Assembly (NCBI GenBank): GCA_965219095.1
Contig: CBDCMT010000001.1
Location: 2,080,001-2,144,000 of the forward strand
Direction: 5' to 3'
From: Bdellovibrionales bacterium
GTDB lineage: Bacteria > Bdellovibrionota > Bdellovibrionia > Bdellovibrionales > UBA1609
Length of the DNA: 64,000 bases
How positions within the stretch are numbered: position 1 is the first letter of the stretch; each line of letters opens with the position of its first letter. The translations under genes were made by a program, and so were the position numbers. Below the pieces are notes generated by a model. It saw only the letters and a program-made list of their open reading frames with translations, was not told where the DNA came from and searched no databases. Below are positions 41,243-51,701 of this stretch, in pieces.

Positions 41243-41268
41243 AAAACCCTGTTATAAAGAGACCTGTA

Positions 41269-41328
41269 GAGTCTGTAAACTATACTTCGTGTTTCAAAAA
41301 TCAGTTACACAATTTAGTTTACAGGTTC
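41269..41328. mobile_element. 60-bp mini-element with IS256-like ends
   Basis: gagtctgtaaacta ... tagtttacaggttc IR; right part recurs at 54951-54981 and in the IS630-A tails. Confidence 0.5.
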
Positions 41329-41333
41329 TATTA

Positions 41334-42437
41334 CTAACTCCTCCAAGACTCCCAGTATTCTTTCCACTCTACTTGATCTAAGAGAGGTGTTCTTAAAAAC
41401 TCTTTTCTTGAATCCACCATAACAGCATATTCATTAGTGGAGGTTTTTTGAAGGATCGCTTCAAGAGCCTTAGGATGAGGTCCATGGGGAAATCCTGGCG
41501 GATGGAGGCTCATCATACCGGAATGTAAATTGTCTCGGCTAAAAAAGTCACCTTCGTGATAGAAAATCACTTCATCATAATCGATGTTTTGGTGATAAAA
41601 AGGAACTTTCAAAGAATCTTTGTCACTTTCTAAAGGTCTTGGTAAAAAAGAACACACCACAAATTCTTTTGCTACAAACGTTGTATGAACACTAGGTGGC
41701 AGGTGAACTCTATGACTCATAACAGGCATAATGTGCTCCATACTTAAGATAAAGGGATAAAGATCTCCCTTCCATCCTATAACATCGTAAATGCTCTCTT
41801 CATAATGAAATGTAGTCATTTTACCGCTTTTTCTCACAACAACTTTTAGTACAGGTTTATTTTTTACTTCACCTTCAAGTTCTTCTAAATTAGGTTTTTG
41901 TAAAGTGTTTTGATCATAAAGAGCATGCTGGCCTAACAGACCTCTTTCAGGCTCTTGGTAATGACTGGTTAAGTTTTCAATCACAAAAAAATCACTATCC
42001 TCATCACAACGGAAAGTATGGACTAAACACTTAGGTATCACAATATAATCACTTTTTTTATATCCTAATAAACCATACTCTGTTAGAATCTTTCCTTTCC
42101 CTTTATGGCAAAAGTAGATCAAATCACCATCAGCATTTCGAAAGCCTTCCTCAGTTTTAGAGTTTTCAACTTTTAAGGACTGCAAATAAAGAGTACAGTT
42201 TTGATTGTAAAGAAGTTTATGAAGCTCTTCACTAGAAGAAGGAAGAAGTTTTGCCAGATCAAACATACACGGTTTCAAAGGACCTTCGATAGAGGTCCAT
42301 CTTGTACTCGGGTTTTTTTTAATTAAATGAGATACAGGCCCATAAAAGCCTTTTAGCCCTTGTTCTTCTTCAAAACAACCCTCCGGGATTGCTTTATGTC
42401 CTTGTATCGTTGGTTTACCCTGTTTGTAATAATCCAT
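41334..42437 (-). CDS. hmgA: Homogentisate 1,2-dioxygenase
   Basis: NADGD, DVIGWKG, HLPPSVHTTF, PFYHQNIDYDE and PHGP motifs. Confidence 0.92.
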   Translation of the reverse strand: MDYYKQGKPTIQGHKAIPEGCFEEEQGLKGFYGPVSHLIKKNPSTRWTSIEGPLKPCMFDLAKLLPSSSEELHKLLYNQNCTLYLQSLKVENSKTEEGFRNADGDLIYFCHKGKGKILTEYGLLGYKKSDYIVIPKCLVHTFRCDEDSDFFVIENLTSHYQEPERGLLGQHALYDQNTLQKPNLEELEGEVKNKPVLKVVVRKSGKMTTFHYEESIYDVIGWKGDLYPFILSMEHIMPVMSHRVHLPPSVHTTFVAKEFVVCSFLPRPLESDKDSLKVPFYHQNIDYDEVIFYHEGDFFSRDNLHSGMMSLHPPGFPHGPHPKALEAILQKTSTNEYAVMVDSRKEFLRTPLLDQVEWKEYWESWRS

Positions 42438-42452
42438 AAAGCTTTCTTTAAC

Positions 42453-43481
42453 TCACAAGTAGCCCCTTTTTTTCTGATCCCTTTCAATAGCGTCAAAAAG
42501 AGCTTGGAAGTTCCCCTCTCCAAAACCATCATGGTTTTTTCTTTGAATGATCTCAAAAAAGATAGGCCCAAAAATATTTTTTGTAAAAATTTGCAAAAGA
42601 TAACCTCTCTCATCTCCATCAACCAAAATTTTAAGCCCCCTTAAGTCATCTATATTTTCCGTAACACCAGGAACACGTTTTTTTATATCATCATAATAGG
42701 TATCAGGAACATCTAAAAATTCAACTCCTTTTTCTTTTAATTTTCTCACACTTTTTATAATATCATCACTCAAAAGTGCGATGTGCTGAATGCCAGGCCC
42801 TTTATACTCTTCTAAATACTCTTGAATCTGAGACTTTTCGTTCTTAGGTTCGTTAATAGGTATAGTAATGTTATCACAAGGTGATCTCATGACTTTAGAG
42901 ATCAAACCTGTTTCCAACCCTTCAATATTAAAATAACGTACTTCACGAAAATTAAACAAATCCTTATAAAAACCACACCAATTTTGCATTTGATTTTTAC
43001 CTACATTGTGGGTTACATGATCTAAAATTTTAAGCCCCACACCTTCTCTACTAAGGCCTTCTTCAAAAAGAAAATCAGGTTCATAAAGGTTATTCCTACC
43101 CTTATCATCTACAAAGTAAAGAGCAGAATCTCCAATACCAGAAATAGCAGGAAAACTATGGCTCTTTGAGGGTTCAAGCTTTTTGACAGGTTTTTGACTC
43201 ATCTGCTCAAAAGCCTTTAAAGCATCTTCCACCCTAAAGCCCATAGCACAAACACAAGGACCGTGTTTTTTTGCAAAATCTTCAGAGAAAGTCCCTTTTG
43301 TATTATTCACAATAAAATGAACAGCCCCTTGTGTGTACAAAAACACATCCTTTTTTTTATGCTGTGCTACTTTTTCAAAACCTAATTTTTTTAGATTTGT
43401 GTGCAAAAAACCCTCACCCTGACTAGAAAATTCTAAAAACTCTAAACCTTTTGTTCCCACAGGATTATCTCTAATATCCAT
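42453..43481 (-). CDS. hppD: 4-hydroxyphenylpyruvate dioxygenase
   Basis: DHVTHN, PINE, SQIQEY, GIQHIAL, LLQIFT and FGEGNF motifs. Confidence 0.97.
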   Translation of the reverse strand: MDIRDNPVGTKGLEFLEFSSQGEGFLHTNLKKLGFEKVAQHKKKDVFLYTQGAVHFIVNNTKGTFSEDFAKKHGPCVCAMGFRVEDALKAFEQMSQKPVKKLEPSKSHSFPAISGIGDSALYFVDDKGRNNLYEPDFLFEEGLSREGVGLKILDHVTHNVGKNQMQNWCGFYKDLFNFREVRYFNIEGLETGLISKVMRSPCDNITIPINEPKNEKSQIQEYLEEYKGPGIQHIALLSDDIIKSVRKLKEKGVEFLDVPDTYYDDIKKRVPGVTENIDDLRGLKILVDGDERGYLLQIFTKNIFGPIFFEIIQRKNHDGFGEGNFQALFDAIERDQKKRGYL

Positions 43482-43581
43482 AATAATCTCTCCTCTTTCT
43501 TATCCTCTTGCAACATAATACATTGACAAAAAGTCTATGTCCATACCTAAATTGATAAGAAAAAATTATATTTAAAGCATT

Positions 43582-44754
43582 ATGACTATATCTTATTGGC
43601 TGGATCAGTCTTTTCGGAAAAAATCAACATCTGATGTTGTAATCATAGGAGGGGGTATTTCAGGCCTTTCAACGGCTTTTTGGCTAGAAAAAGAAGACTC
43701 CAGCCTTAAAATCACTCTAATTGAAAAAGGTCCTCTTGGTTCAGGAGCTACAGGGAGAAGTGCTGGTTTTATTACTTGTGGGTCTGTAGAACACTTTAAC
43801 CGCATGGCAGAAAACTGGGGAATTCAAAAAGCTCGTAAAATATGGCAATTTAGTGAAAAAAATCTACAACTTTTAAAAACTCATATTATTGAAAAAAAAG
43901 AGCTTTTTTTTCAACAAAAGGGAAGCTTCTCTTTAGCTTCAACCGAAGAAGAGTTTAAAGAATTAAAAGCATCCTATGAACTCATGAAGTCTTTGAACAT
44001 CTCTGTGGAGGCTTTAAGTGAAAAAGACATACAAAAAAGACTTCACAGTGAAGGTTTTGTAGGAGGCATTAAATACATTGATGATGCCTCCATTCACCCT
44101 ATTAAACTTTTAGAAGCTGTCAGACAAAAGCTTAAAAAAACAAGTGTTTTTGAGAATGAAGAAGTTCATAATATATCTTTTAAGTCGCAATCACAAAATT
44201 ACGTTATTAAAACAAACAAACAAGAAATTGAATCCAGCTTTCTTATTCACGCAACAAATGCTTACGCTCCTCTTCTAGAAAATTATTTTAAAAATAAAAT
44301 TTATCCTACAAGAGGACAAATTCTCACTACAGAACCTGCTGAGCTTTTTTTAGAAGCTCCTTGTTATGCCAATTTTGTGTTGGATTATTTCAGACAGCTT
44401 CCCACAGGAGAAGTTCTTATCGGAGGGTTTCGCCAATTACAAAAAGATGCAGAAATTGGCTACGGAGATCAAACTTCAGAAGAAATACAAAAAGCCTTAG
44501 AAGATTTTTTAAATAAACATCTTCCTAAAATTAGAGGAAAAAAAATCACACATCGTTGGTCAGGAGTTATGGGTTTTAGCTCTGATGGCCTTCCTCTTAT
44601 AGGAAATCTGCCCCATCAAAGCCAAAGCTATTTTATCAGTGGCTTTACAGCCCATGGGTTAGGCCTTGCTTTTCATTGTGCTCAAAAGCTTGTCGATTTG
44701 ATCTTTGGCCGTCAAATCGATGAATTTATCTCTGCAAAACGTTTTAGTAGTTGA
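43582..44754 (+). CDS. FAD-dependent oxidoreductase (DAO/PuuB-like)
   Basis: IIGGGISG, GATGRSAG, WSG.MG.S.DG.P and GFTAHG motifs. Confidence 0.85.
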   Translation: MTISYWLDQSFRKKSTSDVVIIGGGISGLSTAFWLEKEDSSLKITLIEKGPLGSGATGRSAGFITCGSVEHFNRMAENWGIQKARKIWQFSEKNLQLLKTHIIEKKELFFQQKGSFSLASTEEEFKELKASYELMKSLNISVEALSEKDIQKRLHSEGFVGGIKYIDDASIHPIKLLEAVRQKLKKTSVFENEEVHNISFKSQSQNYVIKTNKQEIESSFLIHATNAYAPLLENYFKNKIYPTRGQILTTEPAELFLEAPCYANFVLDYFRQLPTGEVLIGGFRQLQKDAEIGYGDQTSEEIQKALEDFLNKHLPKIRGKKITHRWSGVMGFSSDGLPLIGNLPHQSQSYFISGFTAHGLGLAFHCAQKLVDLIFGRQIDEFISAKRFSS

Positions 44755-44788
44755 AAGTCTTAGAAAAAGAGCATAAAATCAATCGAAT

Positions 44789-46171
44789 ATGATTTCGAAT
44801 ACATCTGAAGTTTTTGTCAACAGAACTCTCAATATGAAAAAAATAACACATATTGGTCTGGATATGGACCTTACATTAGTTCGTTATAACACCTATGCCT
44901 TTGAAAGCTTGACTCACAAAGAAATTGTCTTCGATCTTGTAAAGAAAAAGCATTATCCTGAAGAAATTTTAGATTTAAAATTTGATTTTTCAAGAGCAAT
45001 CCGAGGGCTTGTGATCGATAAAAAAAACGGTAACCTTTTAAAGATTTCCCGTTTTGGAGCCATAAGACTTGCTTATCATGGCCTAACTCCTCTTACATTT
45101 TCTGAGAAGAAAAAAACTTATAGAAGCCCATACATTTTTATCAGTGATGATAACTACGAAGTAGTTGACACTCACTTCTCTCTCACTTTGAGCATCTTAT
45201 TTGCTCAATTGGTCACTCTTAAAGATACCTCCCTTAAAGATAAACTCCCTAATTACAAAACTCTCGGACAAGATATTATCGAAATTTTAGATGAAGCTCA
45301 CAGCACAGGAAATCTAAAACAAAAAGTCATTAAAAATTTAGATCAATACATTATTAAAGATCCAGAGGTCATAGAAGCTTTAGAGCGTTATATTTTACAC
45401 AACAAAAAGATCTTTATCATTACAAACTCTCTTCCTGACTACACTATTGAAGTACTCAACTTTGCCATTCAACCTTATTTGAAAAAACACAATCATTGGC
45501 TTGATCTTTTTGAAGTTGTTATTGCAAATGCTGAAAAGCCAAGGTTCTTTTATGAAAAAAAAGATTTTACAAAGTACGACATTAAAACAAAGACCCGAAC
45601 ACCTATGAAAGGACGTATAGAATCTCATTGTCTTTATGAAGGTGGTTCTGCAACTATCTTCACTGAACAAATGAATGTAGATCCTGACCAAGTACTCTAT
45701 ATAGGAGATCATATTTATAGCGATATTGTGCGTATTAAGAAGGATTCAGGATGGAGGACAGCCCTTGTTATTGAAGAGCTAAGTTCAGAAATTGAAAAGT
45801 ATAAAAAATTTTCAAGTACACAGAGGAAGATTGACAAGCTTATGAAAGAGAAAATTCCTTTTGAAGTGAAAATTGATGAATTCATCTCAGAAGACATTGA
45901 AAGTAAAACAAAAAATAATAAAAAGAAAATAGAGCAACTTCTTCTTAAAATCAAAGATATCGATAACTCTATACAACCTCTTATTAAAGAAGGCTTTATC
46001 GTTTTTAACCCTTATTGGGGAGAGATTTTCAGAATAGGAGCAGAAGAAACGTTTTTTACTCATCAAATTGAACGTTTTGCTTGTGTTTATACATCAAAAT
46101 TAAAAGAGTTCCTTAAGCAGTCCCCTAGAACTTACTTTCGTTCTGTGAAGCGTTTCATGCCTCATGAATAA
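44789..46171 (+). CDS. HAD-IG family 5'-nucleotidase (cN-II-like)
   Basis: VFVNR.L, GLDMDLTL, ITNS, A.KP.FF and YIGDHIYSD motifs. Confidence 0.9.
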   Translation: MISNTSEVFVNRTLNMKKITHIGLDMDLTLVRYNTYAFESLTHKEIVFDLVKKKHYPEEILDLKFDFSRAIRGLVIDKKNGNLLKISRFGAIRLAYHGLTPLTFSEKKKTYRSPYIFISDDNYEVVDTHFSLTLSILFAQLVTLKDTSLKDKLPNYKTLGQDIIEILDEAHSTGNLKQKVIKNLDQYIIKDPEVIEALERYILHNKKIFIITNSLPDYTIEVLNFAIQPYLKKHNHWLDLFEVVIANAEKPRFFYEKKDFTKYDIKTKTRTPMKGRIESHCLYEGGSATIFTEQMNVDPDQVLYIGDHIYSDIVRIKKDSGWRTALVIEELSSEIEKYKKFSSTQRKIDKLMKEKIPFEVKIDEFISEDIESKTKNNKKKIEQLLLKIKDIDNSIQPLIKEGFIVFNPYWGEIFRIGAEETFFTHQIERFACVYTSKLKEFLKQSPRTYFRSVKRFMPHE

Positions 46172-46196
46172 GACTTTAAATAAGGTCGGTCAGTTA

Positions 46197-46931
46197 TTAA
46201 AAGTAAAACTGAAATGCTAAAGAGTATGATGAAGTTTCATCATCAAAAAGTGTATCAAAGGTGAGCGTCTTAGAGCTTGAAGCTATTTCAGCAGAAATAA
46301 AAGCTTTCTTGTGAAGCTTGTATTTTAACTCTGCTGAATAAATTTGAATCAAAACTTTATCTCCATTGAAATTCCACACATAAACCAAAGACATATCACC
46401 TGCAGCAACCAAACGCTCCATAAGGTTAAAAGCAATTTCAAAGAAAGTTTTTGCTGAATAATGGGTCAGGTCTAATTTCTTATCTAGAGTATCTACCTCA
46501 GAACTGTAAAGATTATAGTTAAAGCCCTGATAAAAAGTAGTGCTTAAAGGCCCTAGCTTTTTTGATAAGATAAGCTTTCCTGTTACCCCCGTTCTTAAAC
46601 GATTATCACGAGATGTCTTTGTAAAAGGTATTTGAAAAGAAAGATCTCCTGCAAAAGATAGTTTTTTCTTTTTATGGAAATAAAGGATTCGTCCTACATT
46701 CGCTATAGGATCATTTTTATAAGCATAATAAAGTTTAAACTTCGTTTTTTGATTCCATGCATAGCCTAGAGATATGTTAGTGGAAATCGTGCCATATGAA
46801 AAAAGATCAAAGCCTTTTCCATAGAACACTTCTATCATACCAAAAAAAGGAGATTTTTCTTCTTTTTTAGAAGAAGCCCAAGAGGTTTGAAAGATAAAAA
46901 GCAAAATCAAAGCATAAAGACAGACTTTCAT
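46197..46931 (-). CDS. Hypothetical outer-membrane beta-barrel protein
   Basis: Signal peptide, alternating aromatic strands, C-terminal FQFYF. Confidence 0.6.
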   Translation of the reverse strand: MKVCLYALILLFIFQTSWASSKKEEKSPFFGMIEVFYGKGFDLFSYGTISTNISLGYAWNQKTKFKLYYAYKNDPIANVGRILYFHKKKKLSFAGDLSFQIPFTKTSRDNRLRTGVTGKLILSKKLGPLSTTFYQGFNYNLYSSEVDTLDKKLDLTHYSAKTFFEIAFNLMERLVAAGDMSLVYVWNFNGDKVLIQIYSAELKYKLHKKAFISAEIASSSKTLTFDTLFDDETSSYSLAFQFYF

Positions 46932-47179
46932 ACTCTTATAATCTAATTAAACCTTTTATTTTTCAACAATTTATTAGCTTTTAAAGCTTAAGCCTTCTAA
47001 AAACTAGACTAAGTGTTAATCTTCAGAGATTCATACGAACCTTTTGAAAGAGAAATGTTTTTCATGATGCCTAAATAAACTTGTTTGTTTAAGCACTGTT
47101 TGTACAATTCTCTCTTAAGAGCAGTCTATTTTTATGGTTTTTTAAGTTTTTCAATAAGAGACTATTATTAACACACGTA

Positions 47180-47443
47180 GGCTTTGTTGTACATAAGCGT
47201 TTTAGATCAAATTGTTTCCACTTGAGGTGACATCATTCCTATTGAGTTTGGAGTCTGATAGCTGAAGGAGTTTTCATTTGATTGAGAATCTTGCATTTTA
47301 TAAAGGCTTCATTAGCTTGATTCATAAAATTTCTTGAATTAAGTCTTGATCCTAAGAAGTTGTTTGAATCGATACATAGTCGTTTCAGCAATAGAACAAT
47401 GAGGCGTAATTTCACAACGTACATGTTCTCTTTTGATTTAATC
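47180..47443 (-). mobile_element. Internally deleted IS5 (IS903 group) remnant
   Basis: GGCTTTGTTG end; G.RLNSRNF.NQ.NE....CKILN motif; 47412-47443 matches 12843-12874 on the other strand. Confidence 0.7.
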
Positions 47444-47487
47444 GTAAGTCGGTTTTTTAACCGCCCTTGACTCCTACGAGGGGTATA

Positions 47488-48644
47488 TAGTGCTTCCGTT
47501 TAGGTTTTCAGGTTCCTAAGATGGAGAAGTTATCAGTTATCAAAGTTTCTAATTTAGCTCTGTGTTTTCGTATTCCTCTAAAAAATTGACTTAAACTTCC
47601 CTTGAAATCGTCATAATTTTCATAATAGCGATTTGCTGTGACCTCTTTTTTCATAAACTTCCAAAGCCTTTCTATAGGATTTAAATTCGGTGAGTACGGA
47701 GGAAGATAAACAAGTTTTATATTCAACTCTTTCGCTAACTTCTTGACAGACTTCGATCTATTGTATCCGGCCCCATCTAAGATAAGATGAATCTCTTTTT
47801 CATCGGGATGCTTCTTAATGAATATGATGGAGCATATCACATATGGAAACATGGTTAACTGTCTTATAACTCCTGACTACCGTCTTCAAACTATTGATCT
47901 CAATAGCTCCACCTATTGATCTCAATAGCTCCACAAACATTCACTCTTTTTCTCCAGCCTGAATTGGTCTTCACTTCAAACTTCTTACCCTCTCTTATCC
48001 AACCATATGAAATCGTAGGGCCCACTCAGGATGTGTGGAATCAGCAAAGTAAACAGGACCCTCTTTCTTCTTAATTCTCTTGTATTTACGCACAAACTTT
48101 TTCTGCTCTTCTCTCTTTGCCTTACCCGGTATCGCTGTGGCTTTTTTATAAGAAAAACCAAGGCGATGGAGAAGATCAATTACACCACTTGTTGAGTACG
48201 TAACACCAAAATTCTCCTCAATGAACTGAATAACGGTCTGTGATGATGGAAAAATTCTTTTCTCTAATTCCTTTAAAAGCATTTTCTCCTCTTTCTTAGT
48301 TAAAAAGGACCTTTTAGGGTTGTAATTGTCGTTGATTAAGCACTCTATCCTGCTTTGTTATAACGATCTCTACAGGCTCTTATCGTGCCCTCATCAATGA
48401 AAAGAAAGCAGGCAATATCTTTACACAACTTACCTTTATCTAAATGGAGAATTGTCATAATCCTTTTTACGTATTTAATATTTTTCTCTAGAGATAGTTC
48501 ATAGAGTAAATCTTCTCGCTCTTTTTTTGATAGAAACCCTGACATATGAAACTATTTTTAAAAATAAATGACTTTTTATCAAGGCCTTAGAATAAAAACT
48601 AGACCTCAACTCAAAAAAAACGGAAAACCTAAGCGGAAGCACTA
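47488..48644 (-). mobile_element. IS630 type B, degraded; inserted into an IS66 MITE (47444-47487, 48645-48662)
   Basis: IRs, TA duplication, several frameshifts, 22-bp tandem duplication at 47891-47934. Confidence 0.9.
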
Positions 48645-48736
48645 TATTTCTTAGATTTTAAAGGAGAAGTTTTAGGCTTTAGGAATTTTAAAGCCTTTTA
48701 TCAGTTTGCAGAAGTCTATCTTAAATCTTATTTTTC

Positions 48737-50809
48737 GCCTCCTCAAAAGAACCTCCGGGAACCCACAGATTCTTTTGAGGAAGAAAAACCTAACAATTTT
48801 TTACATGAAGTACTTAGCTGACTGGTGTCGTCACCTGTCTTGGAAAGAGGTTTCTTGTAAGTTTCATGTCAGTTGGAATCAGGTCTATGCTTCGGTAGAA
48901 TGGGTCGTAGAATATGGTTTAAAACAAAGGGTTTTAAAGGGAATACAAGCTATAGGTGTAGATGAAATACAATGGAAAAAGAACCATCAGTATCTCACCT
49001 TAGTCTATGAAATAAGCAAAGAAAGTGTTCGTTTGCTATGGATAGGAGAAAAAAGAACAGAAAAGAGTTTTAGAAAATTCTTTGATTTACTAGGAGAGAA
49101 GTCAAAAGATATACAGTTTGTGTGTTCTGATATGTGGAAGCCCTATTTAAAAGTAATAAAGGAAAGGGCAAGTCAAGCTTTGAATATATTAGATCGGTTT
49201 CATATCGTAGCAAGACTCAATAAGGCTTTAGACGAAGTGAGAGCTTCAGAACACAAAAAAATGAAAGAAGATGGGTATGAACCCCTTTTAACAAAAGCTA
49301 GATGGCCCTTGTTAAAAAATGCAGAAAATTTAAAATCTTATGAGAAAGTAAAATTAAGGCATTTAATACAGTACAATTTAAAAAGTATCCGCTGTTATTT
49401 TTTAAAAGAAGACTTCCGACAGTTATGGACCTATGTTCCACCAACTTGGGCTGGTAAATTTATAGACAGTTGGACGAGACGAGTCATGCTTTCAAAAATT
49501 GAACCTATGAAAAGAGAAGCAAAAACCATACGAAGACATAAGCTACTTATTCTTAATTACTTCAAGGCTAAAAAAGCCTTCTCCTCAGGGATTGTAGAGG
49601 GTTTAAACAACAAAGTAAAACTCACTATGAGAAAATCTTACGGCTTTAGAACCTCTAAAGCTATAAAAATCGCCTTATATCATAACCTTGGAAAACTGCC
49701 AGAACCTCCGGGAACCCACAGATTCTTTTGAGGAGGCAAATTTTAATGTAACACAGCAAATAAAAGCAAATAAAATGAATGTTTTTGAGTTCAATCACCG
49801 GAGGTGATAGAGGCCAGTAAGGGCCTCAAAGAGCTCAAAAATACAAGATAGAATGTCTTACTCTTGCTTTGATTAATATGAGCCTTTTTGGGGGATTTCT
49901 AGGGCGTGTCCTCATTTGACTGGACCTTTACTTTGAAGTTTAAGCCAAATAAACATACATGCTATAGATAGCATAGCTTTGAAATTTCTAGCAAGCTTTT
50001 CAAATCGAGTGGCAATACCTCTAAAATGCTTAAGACGAGCAAAAAGGTTTTCTATCTGATGTCGAGATTTATAGATATGACGATCAAAATCTTTATTTTT
50101 CTTTTTGCTATTTTTTCGTCTCGGTATCACAGGCTTTATCTTCTTACTACGAGCCTTATCTCGTATCTCATCCGAGTCATAGGCCTTGTCAGCAATCAAA
50201 TACTCACTACGAAACTCATCAATTAAATCACCTGCAACTTGACTGTCGTGTACTTCACCCCCAGTGATTTTAAAACAGAGTGGATTTCCATGCGCATCGG
50301 AGGCCATGTGTATTTTTGTTGTGGATCCACCTCTAGATTTTCCCACAGCACGACTTTCTCCACGCCGAGCTCCACTAGCATGCTGATGAACCGATACGTA
50401 ACTTCCGTCGATGGACACCCACTCTGTATCAACTTCTTCTTGTAAAGTAAAAAAAAATCATTCCATAACCCTTTTTGTGCCCACCTATTAAAGCGATTAT
50501 ATGCTCTCTTCCAAGGACAGAACTGTTCAGGAATATCACGCCACGGACTGCCTGTGCGTAATTTCCATAAAATTGCTTCCATAACATTTCTATTGTTTGC
50601 TGAATGATAACAGCCTTTCTCTCTTACTAATAGCTTCCAGATCCTTCCACATAGAATCTGTTAAAACTTTTCTTAACATAACACCTCCCTTTGTTATGAG
50701 CTTTTTACAATCTTTATAAATATTCAACACGGCTAAGGTCTTGAAAAAGGTCTGGGCAAATGAGGACACGCCCTAGCTACTTTTCACCCACAGATTCCCG
50801 GGAGGAGCC
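48737..50809. mobile_element. Rearranged ISL3 composite: mini right end, 5'-truncated transposase (to 49731) and inverted left end
   Basis: 8-bp TSD tatttttc at 48729-48736 and 50810-50817. Confidence 0.85.
49902..50773 (-). mobile_element. IS5-family (IS427-like) copy 2
   Basis: Near-identical to 8037-8908; IRs flanked by TA. Confidence 0.92.
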
Positions 50810-51701
50810 TATTTTTCTAAAATGTTGTCTTACTCCCGATTTGTGAACATCAAAAAAGACATGGCTTTTTTGATGTTTCTTTTCTCGACAAGCCTTATGA
50901 GTAAAACCACCGGCATATCATTTATTGATTCTACATCGATTTTTCTTCAAAAATAAAAGAATAGGAAGAAATAAGGTGTTCTAAAAGTTAGCTAAAAAGA
51001 GGCAAAAGTAGTATGGGCTGGTTCTTCGGATTTAAACTCCATATTGTTATCAATCACCTAGGAGAACTTTTAAGTTTTACCTTAACTCCGGGAAATGTGG
51101 ATGATCGAAAGCTAAGTTATGGATTTATAGTAAAGGGCTGATAGGAAAACTCTTTGGGGACAGAAGTTATATTTCATCAGACCTTTTCAAAAAGCTTTTA
51201 AAGAAGGGAGTTAAGCTTATTACAAACGTCAAATTAAATATGGAGAATAAATTGATTCCCTTATTTGACAAGTTGATGTTGAAAAAACGTTCTGTTGTGG
51301 AGGTCAGTGATTGGAGTGTTAAAAGGAGATTTTCATCTTGAGCATTCTCGCCATTGTAGCCCACAAAACTTTGTCATCAATCTTTTAGGTACTCTCATCT
51401 CTTACTTGCTTAAAACCTAAAAAACCCTTCATTCAACTTAAAACTCAAGAACAGGGGCTTCTGAACAATATATAAAAGTCGAAACTCGGATTATTAAATA
51501 CAAAGTAGCTTGTATTTTTTGAGTTCTTTGAGACTTTATCGGTAAATTATCTATGAAACAGAAAAAATAGATGACCAGCTTTTCAAAAAGGCTGGTCATC
51601 CATATGAGTATGTCAAGAGAAAAAAGCTCCCTATTTAAGATAAACTTCGAAATAATTTAGGCTCTTTCTTTACTAAACTTTTTAAGCTATATTGATTAAA
51701 C

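Larger units (their letters stand above)
48672..51491 (+). mobile_element. IS982 defective copy (left end lost) interrupted by the ISL3 composite
   Basis: 48672-48736 and 50818-51491 match the copy at 58514-59555; DST, GFKLH and GDRSY motifs. Confidence 0.85.

Noticed and set aside
48706..48780. Novel N-terminus of ORF 48706-49731
   Set aside because: Chance read-through across IS982 and mini-ISL3 junction DNA
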